From the NCBI RefSeq assembly GCF_988243305.1, contig NZ_OZ547136.1: 64,000 nucleotides of DNA. One strand, 5' to 3'. A model generated the notes under the pieces. That model saw only the letters and a list, made by a program, of their open reading frames with translations. It was not told the origin of the DNA and did not search any database. A program made the position numbers and the translations under genes. Shown piece after piece: positions 48,170 to 59,202 of the stretch; within the stretch, counting starts at the first letter, position 1; each line of letters starts with the position of its first letter.

Positions 48170-49092
48170 ACTTTCTCTACCTCCGGGCGACCCAGAATAC
48201 CGGTCGGCATCACCAGCAACACAAGAATCAGCAGGGCGAATGAGACCACATCTTTATATTCCGTACTCAGATAGGCAGAAGAGAGCGCCTCCGCAATCCC
48301 CAGGATCAGCCCGCCAATCATCGCTCCCGGAATGCTGCCAATCCCACCGAGCACCGCAGCGGTAAAGGCTTTCATCCCGGCCATAAAGCCGATGTAGGGG
48401 TTAATGACGCCGTAGAACTGACCGAGTAGCACACCCGCCACCGCCGCCATCGCCGCGCCAATCACAAAGGTCAGCGCAATCACCCGATCGGTGTTGATGC
48501 CAAGCAGGCTCGCCATTTTCAGATCTTCCGCGCAGGCACGGCAGGCGCGCCCCATACGGGAATAGCGAATGAAAATCGTCAGCGCCAGCATGGCGAGGAA
48601 AGTAACAATCCATATCACCGCCTGCATGGTGGTAATAGAGGCAGAGAAGTTTTCGCTATGGCCCACCACCCACTGACCGTTAAACAGACTGGGCAGCGCC
48701 ACGTCGCGCGAACCTTCGGTCAGACTGACATAGTTTTGCAGGAAGATGGACATGCCGATTGCGGAAATGAGCGCAATCAGGCGCTTAGAGTTACGCACCG
48801 GGCGATAGGCCACCCGTTCGATACTCCAGCCGTAGGCGCTGGCAATGACGATTGCGCCGACGAATCCCGCCGCCACCAGTAGCCAGCCGGTATCAATGCC
48901 CAGCATCATCAGTGCGGCGATGATCATAAAGGAGACATAGCTACCAATCATATAAACCTCGCCGTGGGCGAAGTTGATCATGCCGATAATGCCGTAAACC
49001 ATGGTGTAGCCGATGGCTATCAGCGCGTAGGTACTGCCCAGCGTGACGCCGTTAAACATCTGCTGCAAGAAATACAAAAACTGCTCAGACAT
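48166..49092 (-). CDS. livH: branched-chain amino acid ABC transporter permease LivH
   Basis: 308-aa membrane ORF. Confidence 0.9.
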
Positions 49093-49139
49093 AAGGTAAC
49101 CTTTCTAAACCCGCCCGTTTTTCACGGGCGGTGGGATGA

Positions 49140-50249
49140 TCACTTGGCTGCCGTGGATGAACCGTCGGCGTGCCACTGGAAGACACCAAAATCAAATCCC
49201 TTAAGATCGCCTTTTTCATCCCAGTTCAGCGGCCCAATCACGGTGTTCGCACCGTTAGCTTTTAAATCTTTCACCAGTGCCAGCGGCTCATCGCTGCCGG
49301 TACGCTCAAGGGCAGTCGCCAGAGATTGCACCGCCGCGTAAGTGATCCAGACATAAGGCCCGGACGGATCTTTCTTGTCTGCTTTCAACGCATCAACAAT
49401 GCCCTGGTTTGCCGGATCCTGGTCATAGCGTTTTGGCATAGTGACCAACATGCCTTCGGCAGCATCGCCAGCAATATTCGACAACGACGCATTACCCACA
49501 CCTTCCGGCCCCATAAACTGAGTTTTCAGGCCAACGGAACGGGCCTGGCGCAGCATCTGCCCCATTTCCGGGTAGTAACCGCCGTAGTAAACGAAGTCGA
49601 TGTTTTCTTTTTTCAGGCGGGCGATCAGCGCGGAGAAATCTTTCTCCCCGGCGGTAATACCGTCGAAGAAAACGACGTTGGCATTGGCTGCTTTCAATCC
49701 GTCCTGCACCGAACGCGCCAGCCCTTCACCATACTGTTGTTTGTCGTGAATGATCGCGATGCGCTGGGGCTTCACCGTCTCAAGAATGTATTTTGCCGCC
49801 GTTGGCCCCTGGGAAGAGTCCAGCCCGGCAGTGCGCATGATGTGTTGATAACCGCGTTGGGTCAGCTCCGGGTTGGTCGCTCCCGGCGAGATCATCAGAA
49901 TACCTTCGTCTTCGTAGATATCTGAAGCAGGCTGGGTAGAGGAGGAACACAGATGGCCGATGACGTATTTAATGCCGTCGTTAACGATTTTGTTGGCGAC
50001 CGCAACGGCTTGTTTCGGATCGCAGGCGTCGTCATATTCCACGCCCACCAGCTTATCGCCCTTAATTCCCCCTTTGGCATTAATGTCTTTAATGGCCTGA
50101 CGCGCGCCGTTAAATTCCATATCGCCCCACTGAGCAATCGGACCGGACATCGCGCCGACAACGGCAACTTTAATATCATCGGCTAAAGCGGTGTGTGAAA
50201 TTGCCAGTGCAATCATCCCTGCGATGATAGTTTTCGCATTCCGTTTCAT
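49140..50249 (-). CDS. livK: leucine-specific periplasmic binding protein LivK
   Basis: ORF 49140..50303; start trimmed to [23 protein letters not shown] giving 369 aa. Confidence 0.9.
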   Translation of the reverse strand: MKRNAKTIIAGMIALAISHTALADDIKVAVVGAMSGPIAQWGDMEFNGARQAIKDINAKGGIKGDKLVGVEYDDACDPKQAVAVANKIVNDGIKYVIGHLCSSSTQPASDIYEDEGILMISPGATNPELTQRGYQHIMRTAGLDSSQGPTAAKYILETVKPQRIAIIHDKQQYGEGLARSVQDGLKAANANVVFFDGITAGEKDFSALIARLKKENIDFVYYGGYYPEMGQMLRQARSVGLKTQFMGPEGVGNASLSNIAGDAAEGMLVTMPKRYDQDPANQGIVDALKADKKDPSGPYVWITYAAVQSLATALERTGSDEPLALVKDLKANGANTVIGPLNWDEKGDLKGFDFGVFQWHADGSSTAAK

Positions 50250-50672
50250 AGTCAAAAATCCCCACTCGTAATGTTGTGTTGCTTTGTTTTTATGTGTTAA
50301 CAAATCAGGCTGTTCTTTTTTTATACTGCGCTGTTTTTACCTGTCTGATTAAGGGTTTAGCGCAGTATTTTGTGATAATAGCGATTAAAATCCCTATTTT
50401 TCAGTCGATTAAGAACAGATAATATTCTGAATTAATTGATAGATAAACAGAAAAAAGCACCGTTGTCAGCATAAAATAACGGAACAAAGGGCAGAATAAT
50501 TCACTACCATTCAGGGGATTATGCTGGACATTTTTCATTCTCTAATGTTTTAACTTTGTAATTATTGCTGAAAAAAAATTAATCACCTGCCAAAAGAAAT
50601 AAAAAAGAGAAAGCCTCCGATTAAATTATTTCGCTACACTGGTTCCTCTTTTGTGATTTACACGGGTTACCC

Positions 50673-51056
50673 ATGAAGCTGACCATCATTCGATTAGAAA
50701 ACTTTAGCGACCAGGACCGGATTGACCTGCAAAAGATCTGGCCGGAGTATTCCCCTTCCTCTTTACAGGTTGACGATAACCACCGTATCTACGCCGCGCG
50801 TTTTAACGAGCGCCTCCTAGCGGCCGTGCGGGTAACCTTAAGCGGCACCGAGGGGGCACTGGATTCTCTACGTGTGCGGGAAGTCACCCGCCGTCGCGGT
50901 GTGGGGCAATATCTGCTGGAAGAGGTTTTGCGTACCAATCCTGGCGTTTTAGGCTGGTGGATGGCGGATGCTGGCGTGGAAGATCGCGGTGTGATGACGG
51001 CGTTTATGCAGGCGCTGGGGTTTACGGCACAACAGGGCGGCTGGGAGAAGCGTTAA
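50673..51056 (+). CDS. panM: PanD maturation factor PanM (PanZ), GNAT fold
   Basis: 127-aa ORF MKLTIIRLENFSDQDRIDLQKIWPEY. Confidence 0.85.
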   Translation: MKLTIIRLENFSDQDRIDLQKIWPEYSPSSLQVDDNHRIYAARFNERLLAAVRVTLSGTEGALDSLRVREVTRRRGVGQYLLEEVLRTNPGVLGWWMADAGVEDRGVMTAFMQALGFTAQQGGWEKR

Positions 51057-51580
51057 TCGCTCTGTGTAAAAAGCAGTTCAATGGATTTGGTTGGGAAAAA
51101 TAACGCATTTTCGTTTTCTCCGACCAGCGGGATAAAGCCCAGCGACTGATAAAACGTATGGGCTTTTTCATTCAGCGCCTCGACAAAAAGACCGTGAATA
51201 CCTACCGCTAAAGAGGCTGACCAGACGACTTTCATGGCATGAGCAACCAGTGTTGCTCCCCATCCCTGTCCCTGTAATGAACGATCAATTGCCAGACGCC
51301 CAAGAGTGACGCTGGGAATATTTTTGTAGGGAATTTTTTTCTGTTTCGATTTCGAGGGCAATGCGGCTCGTTCAAAACAACTGCCGGATAATGTGTAATA
51401 TCCCAGGACCTGACGTTCTGGAGTGTTGCGACAAAGGATATACGCTCGCAGAATTTTATTGCGATGTTGACGAATCAGATGTGCCGTCAGAAAGAGATTT
51501 AACGCTTCCTCGCCGCAGTCGAATCGCTGTAGATCATAATCTGCATCATCGGTCAGAATCTCTATCGTCAGATCATCCAT
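51053..51580 (-). CDS. GNAT-family acetyltransferase toxin (TacT/AtaT/ItaT-like)
   Basis: 175-aa ORF with an acetyl-CoA-binding-like QGQGWGATLV motif, immediately downstream of a small RHH-type ORF. Confidence 0.7.
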   Translation of the reverse strand: MDDLTIEILTDDADYDLQRFDCGEEALNLFLTAHLIRQHRNKILRAYILCRNTPERQVLGYYTLSGSCFERAALPSKSKQKKIPYKNIPSVTLGRLAIDRSLQGQGWGATLVAHAMKVVWSASLAVGIHGLFVEALNEKAHTFYQSLGFIPLVGENENALFFPTKSIELLFTQSD

Positions 51581-51586
51581 AAATGA

Positions 51587-51853
51587 TTACATTCCCTGAA
51601 GACGTTTTGTCGCACGTTTTAGCTTTTCACCTGGCGACGGTGGATTACTCAGCGCATCCATCACCCGCGTCCAGGATTCCTCATTGAGGATCACCCGCCG
51701 ATGCTGTTCAATCACTTCCGCAGCCCGCTGCGAAGCGCTGTTCAACATAAATTGGCTGACGGACTGATTAGATATCGCTGCCGCTTCCTCAATCATACTT
51801 TTGTCATCGTCAGTTAAACGCAGATCGATACGCTGCTTTTTAACAGCAGACAT
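51587..51853 (-). CDS. DUF1778-like RHH antitoxin (TacA/AtaR-like)
   Basis: 88-aa ORF MSAVKKQRIDLRLTDDDKSMIEEAAAISNQSVSQFML, ribbon-helix-helix-like N-terminus; 6 bp upstream of the GNAT gene. Confidence 0.7.
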   Translation of the reverse strand: MSAVKKQRIDLRLTDDDKSMIEEAAAISNQSVSQFMLNSASQRAAEVIEQHRRVILNEESWTRVMDALSNPPSPGEKLKRATKRLQGM

Positions 51854-51868
51854 GTGAACTCTCCTGCT

Positions 51869-51899
51869 CCGTATAATATGTACGGCATATCACCGTACA
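51869..51899 (-). promoter_or_regulatory. putative operator/promoter of the toxin-antitoxin pair
   Basis: Overlapping inverted repeats ccgtata-at-atgtacgg and tgtacgg-catatca-ccgtaca directly upstream of the antitoxin start, overlapping a -10-like tattat on the coding strand. Confidence 0.45.
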
Positions 51900-51950
51900 A
51901 TAAGCATATCCTGGATTGTTTAATCTTTCTACAACCATTTCGACAAACAC

Positions 51951-51982
51951 AAAAAAACCCGATGGACGTTAAGCGCATCGGG
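51951..51982 (-). terminator. rho-independent terminator after livJ
   Basis: Hairpin cccgatg-gacgttaagcg-catcggg followed on the minus strand by a run of 7 T, about 20 bp after the livJ stop. Confidence 0.75.
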
Positions 51983-52002
51983 CATTTTCATTTATCTATC
52001 TG

Positions 52003-53106
52003 TTACTTCGCATCTGTCGCCGTGCCGTTGGCGTGCCAGTCAAATACGCCGAACTCAAAGCCTTTCAGATCGCCTTTCTCATCCCACGTCAGCGGCCCCA
52101 TCACCGTATCAACCGAGTTTGCTTTCAGGTATTTGGCGATCTCCGCCGGATCGTCAGACTGATTCAGCCCCGCCTGCAAAGATTGCAGCGCCGCGTAGGT
52201 GGTCCAGACGAATGCGCCGCTTGGATCTTGTTTTTTCGCTTTGATCGCGTCAACAATCGGTTTGTTCGCCGGAACCTGATCGTAGTTCTTCGGCTTGGTC
52301 ACCAGCAGTCCTTCCGCTGACTCGCCCGCGATATTAGACAGCGAGACGTTAGCCACACCTTCCGGCCCCATAAACTGAGTTTTCAGCCCCGCCGCGCGCG
52401 CCTGACGCAGGATCTGCCCCATTTCCGGGTGATAACCGCCGTAGTAAACGAAGTCGATATTCTCTTTCTTCAGGCGTGCCACCAGCGTCGAGAAATCTTT
52501 TTCCCCGGCGGTGATGCCATCAAAGAACACTACGTTAGCATTGCCTTTCTTCAGGCCGTCCTGCACCGCACGCGCCAGACCTTCGCCGTACTGTTGTTTG
52601 TCGTGAACGATAGCAATACGCTGCGGTTTCACTTTCTCAAGAATATATTTCGCCGCCGTTGGTCCCTGGTCGGAGTCCAGGCCAGTGGTGCGCATAATCA
52701 ACTTATAGCCGCGCGCGGTCAGTTCTGGCGCGGTTGCCGCAGGGGTTATCATTAAAATGCCTTCATCTTCATAGATGTCTGACGCTGGCTGCGTTGATGA
52801 AGAACAGAGGTGACCAATCACATATTTAATGCCGTCGTTAACGACTTTGTTCGCCACCGCAACCGCCTGTTTCGGGTCACAGGCATCGTCATATTTCACG
52901 ATTTGCAGTTTGTTGCCTTTGATACCACCTTTAGCATTGATATCCGCAACCGCCTGCTCAGCACCAGTAAACTCCTGGTCACCGTACTGGGCCACCGGAC
53001 CGGACATTGCGCCCACGACCGCGACTTTAATATCTTCTGCCAGAGCCATATTGCTGAATGCCAGCGCGATACATCCTGCCAGTAACGCTTTACCCTTCAT
53101 GTTCAT
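52003..53106 (-). CDS. livJ: Leu/Ile/Val periplasmic binding protein LivJ
   Basis: ORF 52003..53163; start trimmed to [23 protein letters not shown] giving 367 aa. Confidence 0.9.
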   Translation of the reverse strand: MNMKGKALLAGCIALAFSNMALAEDIKVAVVGAMSGPVAQYGDQEFTGAEQAVADINAKGGIKGNKLQIVKYDDACDPKQAVAVANKVVNDGIKYVIGHLCSSSTQPASDIYEDEGILMITPAATAPELTARGYKLIMRTTGLDSDQGPTAAKYILEKVKPQRIAIVHDKQQYGEGLARAVQDGLKKGNANVVFFDGITAGEKDFSTLVARLKKENIDFVYYGGYHPEMGQILRQARAAGLKTQFMGPEGVANVSLSNIAGESAEGLLVTKPKNYDQVPANKPIVDAIKAKKQDPSGAFVWTTYAALQSLQAGLNQSDDPAEIAKYLKANSVDTVMGPLTWDEKGDLKGFEFGVFDWHANGTATDAK

Positions 53107-53321
53107 CCTGAGGTTCCCCATTCTTCTGGTTATTACGTGTGTTGTGATGTTGTTGTTCAGCACTTTATTTCGTTTTATGCATAACTACCCGTGCTTTAGC
53201 AGCATACTCTGCTAAAACATACCCGATTTTTATGATATTGGAATAGCTATTTTGACAGTTTATTAACAATCTGCGTGGGGATTGGCGTTTTGCCGGAGGG
53301 GGAAACTGATTATTGCAGAGG

Positions 53322-53357
53322 CCCAAAAAACAAAAACCCCGGATTCTCATCCAGGGT
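53322..53357 (-). terminator. rho-independent terminator after rpoH
   Basis: Minus strand reads ccctggatgagaatccgggg followed by tttttgtttttt, about 20 bp after the rpoH stop. Confidence 0.7.
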
Positions 53358-53377
53358 TCTCTGCTAAGTAGCGGAAA

Positions 53378-54232
53378 TTACGCTTCAATGGCAGCGCGAA
53401 GTTTTTTCATCGCGTTCTTTTCCAGCTGGCGCACACGCTCAGCGGAAACACCGTAACGGTCAGCCAGTTCCTGCAACGTGGACTTGTTGTCTTCGTCCAG
53501 CCAGCGCGCGCGGATGATATCCTGGCTACGCTCGTCCAGACCTTGCATCGCGTCGGTCAGACGGTTTGCCGCCTGCTCTTCCCAGTTATCATCTTCAATG
53601 CCGTCAGCAAAGTTAGATGATTTATCCTGCAGATAGAGCACCGGAGCCATCGGCTGGCTATCGGAATCGTCGTCGGAAGACAGGTCAAAGGTCATGTCCT
53701 GTGCCGCCATACGCGATTCCATCTCAAGTACGTCTTTGCTGGTTACGCCCAGTTCACGGGCCACCATTTCGACTTCATCCTGGTTAAACCAGCCCAGACG
53801 CTGCTTGGTTTTACGCAGGTTGAAGAACAGTTTGCGCTGCGCTTTGGTGGTCGCAACTTTGACGATACGCCAGTTACGCAGAACGTATTCGTGGATCTCT
53901 GCTTTGATCCAGTGGACGGCGAAGGAGACCAGGCGCACACCCACTTCCGGGTTAAAACGGCGCACTGCTTTCATCAGGCCGATGTTACCTTCCTGAATCA
54001 AATCCGCCTGTGGCAGGCCATAGCCCGCATAATTACGAGCAATATGAACAACAAACCGCAGGTGAGACAGGATCAGCGTTTTAGCTGCTTCCAGATCGCC
54101 ATGGTAATGCAGCTTTTCAGCCAGCGCCCGCTCCTCGTCAGCCGACAACATCGGCCACGCGTTAGCTGCCCGGATGTAAGAATCCAGGTTGCCAACTGGG
54201 GCTAAAGCTAAACTTTGCATTTTGTCAGTCAT
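53378..54232 (-). CDS. rpoH: RNA polymerase sigma-32 (heat-shock sigma factor) RpoH
   Basis: 284-aa [32 protein letters not shown]. Confidence 0.95.
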   Translation of the reverse strand: MTDKMQSLALAPVGNLDSYIRAANAWPMLSADEERALAEKLHYHGDLEAAKTLILSHLRFVVHIARNYAGYGLPQADLIQEGNIGLMKAVRRFNPEVGVRLVSFAVHWIKAEIHEYVLRNWRIVKVATTKAQRKLFFNLRKTKQRLGWFNQDEVEMVARELGVTSKDVLEMESRMAAQDMTFDLSSDDDSDSQPMAPVLYLQDKSSNFADGIEDDNWEEQAANRLTDAMQGLDERSQDIIRARWLDEDNKSTLQELADRYGVSAERVRQLEKNAMKKLRAAIEA

Positions 54233-54325
54233 TCAAATCCTCTCAATCGATATCTTCTGGCGCTTCAGTGGTAGCAACAACTGTGCCAGAGCTTAAGAGC
54301 AACGAGGTTATCATTCACTGTTTTA

Positions 54326-54352
54326 TCAGACCGTGATTTTATCCACAAGTTC
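54326..54352 (-). promoter_or_regulatory. sigma-E (sigma-24) dependent promoter of rpoH
   Basis: Minus strand reads GAACTT-N16-TCTGA (plus strand tcaga ... aagttc), about 90 bp upstream of the rpoH start. Confidence 0.75.
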
Positions 54353-54476
54353 AATGCAAGCTTGTGAATAAATTACGCACAAAATGTGACATAGAGATGA
54401 AATACCGGGAAGAGACAACGGGGTCTCTTTCCCTGCTACGGAACCCATTGCAGGGAAAGAGTATAACACGCTTTTA

Positions 54477-55535
54477 TTATTCAGGCGTAAAGTGGCGTAA
54501 ATGTTGTACCGTGGCAAGCCACGCTGCCACCCAGCCAATCATCGAGCATACCAGCAGCAACAGCAGGCATTCATCGAACGATAAGCCATTGATATCAAAC
54601 TTCGTTCCGAAAACCTGTGCCACTTCTGCAACCGCCGATGACAAACGCAGTACCAGAATTTCTGACAAAATTAATGACAGCAATGCGCCAGAAAATCCCA
54701 GCAATGCGCCTCCGTACAGGAACGGGCGCAGGATGAAACCATCCGTCGCACCAATCAGTTTTTGTACGTTAATGGAGTCACGGCGAGCAAAGATGCTCAG
54801 ACGCACACTGTTGCCGATGACGAGGAACACTGCTGCCACCATCAACACGCCGATCATCGCGGAAACGCGCCCGACCAGCCCGGTCAACGCCGCCAGACGG
54901 GCAAACCAGCTGTCATCCATCCGCACTTCGTCAATGCCGTTGATCTGGGTGATACGATCACGCAGCGTATTCAGTGATTCCGTCCCCTGAAAATCGAGTT
55001 TCGGGATCACCACCGCCACTGCCGGAAGCGGGTTTTCTTCCAGCATATCCAGCGCGCCGCCAAAACCAGACCAGTTACGGAACTCGCCCAGCGCGTCTTC
55101 ACGAGAAAGATAGTTCACTTTCTCTACGCCCTGCTCGGCCTGTAGCTGTGCCACCACGCCCGCAGCGGCGTCATCGTCCAGCGTTTTTTGCAGATAAACA
55201 GTGATTTGCGGTGACGGATAATACTGCGTCGCCGCCTGGTTAACGTTTTTGTACACCATATAACAGACGCTGGGCAGCGTCAGGGAGATGGCGATAACCA
55301 TCACCGTTAAAAACGTGGCGAACGGTTTGCTTTTCAGATCCTGCAATGCGCCGTGGAAGGCATAGCGCACCTGTTCGTTGAAAACGTTGGTTTTGCGATT
55401 TACCGGTTTTGGCGAGGATTTCGCGCGTTTCGGTGCGTTACGACCGCCGTCGCCTGAGCCGCCGACCGATTTACGGAAGCGATCCAGACGCCCGCCAAAC
55501 TGCCGAATATGATTGATTGCATCGCGCTTATTCAT
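54477..55535 (-). CDS. ftsX: cell division ABC-transporter-like permease FtsX
   Basis: ORF 54477..55562; start trimmed to [15 protein letters not shown] giving 352 aa. Confidence 0.9.
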
Positions 55536-56196
55536 GGCCCACGCCTCCATGCAAGTGACCATCGCTCAGGGTGAGCATGCGATAGGAACGCCGCGAAATC
55601 AGGTTGATGTCGTGCGTTGCCATCAATACGGTTACCCCAACGCGGTTAAACTCTTCAAACAGACGTAAAATGCCTTCCGACAACGCGTCGTCCAGGTTAC
55701 CAGTCGGTTCGTCCGCCAGCAGTACCGCGGGCTTGTTCACCACCGCGCGGGCAATGCCAACACGCTGTTGTTCACCGCCGGAAAGCTGAATAGGGAAGTT
55801 CTTCGCTTTGTCCAGTAGCCCGACTTTATCCAGCGCCGCCGACACCCGGCGACGAATATCGTCACCGCTGGCACCAGCGATAATCAGCGGGATCGCCACG
55901 TTATCGTAGACAGTACGGTCCATCAGTAGATGGTGATCCTGGAAAATCATGCCAATCTGGCGGCGCAGAAACGGAACTTCACGGTTTTTCAGACGCGTGA
56001 TGTCATGGCCGCTAAACCAGATTTTCCCGGCGCTGGGCCGCTCAATCCCACAGATCAGCTTCAGGAGGGTACTTTTCCCTGCGCCGGAATGACCGGTCAG
56101 AAACGCCATCTCACCCGGCTGCATATGGAACGTAACGCCCTGCAGCGCCTGTCTCCCACCGAGATAAGCCTTGCTGACATGTTCAAAGCGAATCAT
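55528..56196 (-). CDS. ftsE: cell division ATPase FtsE
   Basis: 222-aa ORF with Walker [10 protein letters not shown]. Confidence 0.95.
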
Positions 56197-56198
56197 TG

Positions 56199-57695
56199 TT
56201 AATCCTCTCGGGCAAAAAGTGCCTCTATAAAGTCGTCCGCCTTAAACGGACGCAAATCCTCAATACGTTCGCCGACACCAATGTAGCGGATAGGGATACC
56301 AAACTGGTCAGCCACCGAGAAAATTACCCCGCCTTTCGCCGTGCCGTCCAGTTTCGTTAGCGTGATGCCGGTTAAGCCAACGGCTTCGTGGAACAGTTTG
56401 GCCTGGCTTACCGCGTTCTGCCCGGTGCTGGCATCAATAGTCAGCATAACTTCATGCGGCGCTTCAACGTCGAGTTTCTTCATCACGCGGACGATTTTCT
56501 TCAACTCTTCCATCAGGTGCGATTTGTTCTGCAGGCGTCCGGCGGTATCGGCAATCAGGACGTCGATATTACGCGCTTTAGCGGCCTGAATGGCGTCGAA
56601 GATAACAGAGGCGGAATCCGCCCCGGTATGCTGGGCAATCACCGGAATATTGTTGCGCTGACCCCAGACCTGAAGCTGTTCAACCGCTGCTGCACGGAAA
56701 GTATCGCCCGCCGCCAGCATCACCGATTTACCCTGCTGCTCAAACTGACGCGCCAGCTTACCAATCGTCGTGGTTTTACCCACACCGTTGACGCCCACCA
56801 TCAGGATCACGAACGGCGTTTTACCTTCAACATTCAGCGGCTCATCGACTTTCGCCAGAATCTCGCCCATCTCTTCTTTCAGCAGGCCATAGAGCGCCTC
56901 GGCATCACGAAGCTGCTTGCGGGATGCGCCTTCCGTCAGATTGGTGATAATTTTACGTGTGGTTTCCACGCCCACATCGGCGATCAACAGCTGTTCTTCC
57001 AGCTCTTCAAACAGATCATCGTCGATTTTTTTACCGCGGAACAGGCTGATAAATCCGGAACCGAGGTTTTCTTTGGTTTTTAACAGGCTGCGTTTCAGGC
57101 GCGCGAAGAAACCTTCTTTGGTCGGTTTTTCCTGCTCCTGAGCGATTTCATCCACCGGCTGCTCTTCTTCTGCCGGAGGAACCACCATCACCGCCTCTTC
57201 TGCCGCTTCGGCAGCCAGCGCCTGTGTTTCCAGCTCTTCGTCGGTGATTTCTTCTTTAGCCGCTTCTTCTTCCGCCGCTTCGACAATCTCTACGGTTTCC
57301 GCTTCAGCCCGCCACTCTTCTGGCGAAACCTCTTCGGCGTTGACGTCTTCCGGCAACGGCAGCTCTTCACGTTCGATAGCCACTAGCTCCGGCGTTTCTT
57401 CTGCGATCAGTTCCGGCTGTGCAACGACTTCCGCTTCAGGCTGCGCTTTTTCACTTTCAGCAACCTGTTCAGTGACTTCCACAACTTCGGCAGCAAAAGT
57501 TTCCGCTTCGGCCTCAGTATGCGCCTGCGGCTGCTCTTCAACGGCGTGTTCAGAAGCCTTCGCAGGCTCTTGCGCCTGAACGATTTCTTCTACAACCGGT
57601 TGTTCATTCTGAACTTCTGTCTCTTTTTCCGGGGTCTGCTCTTTTTGACCAAAGCCCAGCCAGGAAAAAAAGCCACGTTTTTTTTCTTTCGCCAT
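56199..57695 (-). CDS. ftsY: signal recognition particle receptor FtsY
   Basis: 498-aa ORF; acidic A-domain followed by the NG GTPase domain (GVNGVGKTT). Confidence 0.95.
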   Translation of the reverse strand: MAKEKKRGFFSWLGFGQKEQTPEKETEVQNEQPVVEEIVQAQEPAKASEHAVEEQPQAHTEAEAETFAAEVVEVTEQVAESEKAQPEAEVVAQPELIAEETPELVAIEREELPLPEDVNAEEVSPEEWRAEAETVEIVEAAEEEAAKEEITDEELETQALAAEAAEEAVMVVPPAEEEQPVDEIAQEQEKPTKEGFFARLKRSLLKTKENLGSGFISLFRGKKIDDDLFEELEEQLLIADVGVETTRKIITNLTEGASRKQLRDAEALYGLLKEEMGEILAKVDEPLNVEGKTPFVILMVGVNGVGKTTTIGKLARQFEQQGKSVMLAAGDTFRAAAVEQLQVWGQRNNIPVIAQHTGADSASVIFDAIQAAKARNIDVLIADTAGRLQNKSHLMEELKKIVRVMKKLDVEAPHEVMLTIDASTGQNAVSQAKLFHEAVGLTGITLTKLDGTAKGGVIFSVADQFGIPIRYIGVGERIEDLRPFKADDFIEALFARED

Positions 57696-57844
57696 TTGCG
57701 ACTACACTCCTCGCTGTTGCTTCATGGCACAGCGTTAACGCTATGTACATAGCAGCTAAAAAAATGATGAAATAGTCTATCACTTAACTTAATTCACATC
57801 ACCGCCTGCAAGTATGTGTTATCTGGCGGATTGAGCAATTTATC

Positions 57845-58441
57845 ATGAAAAAACCGAATCATTCCGGCAGCGGCCAAATCCGCATTATTGGCGGGCAGTG
57901 GCGAGGCCGTAAACTCCCGGTTCCTGATAGCCCAGGTCTGCGCCCCACCACCGACCGCGTACGCGAAACGTTGTTTAACTGGCTGGCTCCGGTCATTGTT
58001 GACGCCCAATGTCTGGATTGCTTCGCCGGAAGCGGCGCGCTGGGGCTGGAAGCGTTGTCGCGCTACGCTGCGGGGGCCACGTTGATTGAGATGGATCGCG
58101 CGGTTTCTCAGCAGTTAATTAAGAATCTGGCGACACTAAAAGCAGGCAATGCACGCGTGGTGAACAGCAACGCGATGTCATTCCTGGCGCAAAAAGGCAT
58201 ACCGCATAATATCGTGTTTGTCGATCCACCGTTCCGCCGTGGCTTGTTAGAAGAGACGATAAATTTACTGGAAGATAACGGCTGGCTGGCTGACGAAGCC
58301 CTGATTTATGTCGAAAGCGAAGTCGAAAACGGTCTGCCCACCGTTCCGGCGAACTGGTCATTACATCGGGAAAAAGTGGCGGGTCAGGTGGCTTATCGGC
58401 TGTATCAACGCGAAGCACAAGGAGAAAGTGATGCTGATTAA
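57845..58441 (+). CDS. rsmD: 16S rRNA m2G966 methyltransferase RsmD
   Basis: 198-aa ORF with the DPPF motif. Confidence 0.9.
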   Translation: MKKPNHSGSGQIRIIGGQWRGRKLPVPDSPGLRPTTDRVRETLFNWLAPVIVDAQCLDCFAGSGALGLEALSRYAAGATLIEMDRAVSQQLIKNLATLKAGNARVVNSNAMSFLAQKGIPHNIVFVDPPFRRGLLEETINLLEDNGWLADEALIYVESEVENGLPTVPANWSLHREKVAGQVAYRLYQREAQGESDAD

Positions 58442-58700
58442 TATTGGTCGTTTGTTAATGCTCTGTGTTTGGGGATTTTTAATCCTCAACCTGGCGCATC
58501 CCTTCCCGCGTCCGCTGAATATTTTCGTTAACGTGGCGCTGATTTTTACCGTGCTGATGCATGGTATGCAACTGGCGCTATTGAAATCCACTTTACCGAA
58601 AGATGGCCCGCAGATGACCACCGCCGAAAAGGTGCGGATTTTCCTTTTCGGCGTGTTTGAACTGCTGGTCTGGCAGAAGAAATTTAAAGTTAAAAAATAA
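58431..58700 (+). CDS. yhhL: small inner-membrane protein YhhL
   Basis: ORF 58308..58700; start trimmed to MLINIGRLLMLCVWGFLILNL giving 89 aa; overlaps the rsmD stop by 11 bp. Confidence 0.75.
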   Translation: MLINIGRLLMLCVWGFLILNLAHPFPRPLNIFVNVALIFTVLMHGMQLALLKSTLPKDGPQMTTAEKVRIFLFGVFELLVWQKKFKVKK

Positions 58701-58702
58701 CC

Positions 58703-59062
58703 TTATTGTTCGCCTACAAAGCTGACAAAGCGCGTTCCTTTATAGCTCAGCGTACCTTTATCGCCCACTGTCAGGGCGTGGTACTGCTGGGCGTCGAGGC
58801 GAAACGTCTGCTCCATTCCTCCGCTTTGCGGTTTGAAGCTTGCCTCATAGCGCATACTGGTGCCTGCCGGAGTCACTTCCTGCTGGCGCGAACGGCGATC
58901 GTTAATCGGTTTTTCCCGCTTATTGCTCACCACCACCAGCTTTTGCTGGAGCGGTGCCATATCATTATCAGCTTTTTCCCGTCGTTGTTGCATAAAACGA
59001 AACGATGCGGCGACGACAATTAAGCCAATGATAACAATAAAGAAAAGAGGTGGTTTGCTCAT
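58703..59062 (-). CDS. yhhM: membrane-anchored protein YhhM
   Basis: 119-aa ORF with an N-terminal TM helix. Confidence 0.8.
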   Translation of the reverse strand: MSKPPLFFIVIIGLIVVAASFRFMQQRREKADNDMAPLQQKLVVVSNKREKPINDRRSRQQEVTPAGTSMRYEASFKPQSGGMEQTFRLDAQQYHALTVGDKGTLSYKGTRFVSFVGEQ

Positions 59063-59202
59063 CTTTATCCCTCATCGGAAAATGCGGAATTAAGCATACC
59101 CTGCCAGTTATGGTGTTGTCATCCGTCCACCCTCGCCACTAAACTGGAAGCAAGACCGTAGGCATTCCGCTTACGAAAAAATAACGAATTCAAGGAACTA
59201 AG

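Noticed and set aside
54364-54990. 208-aa plus-strand ORF spanning the rpoH promoter and the ftsX 3' region
   Set aside because: Overlaps ftsX antisense and the rpoH promoter region; no start context or domain.
56388-57579. Plus-strand ORFs (231 aa and a Ser/Ala-rich 111 aa) opposite ftsY
   Set aside because: Antisense to the acidic repetitive A-domain of FtsY; a low-complexity mirror artefact.
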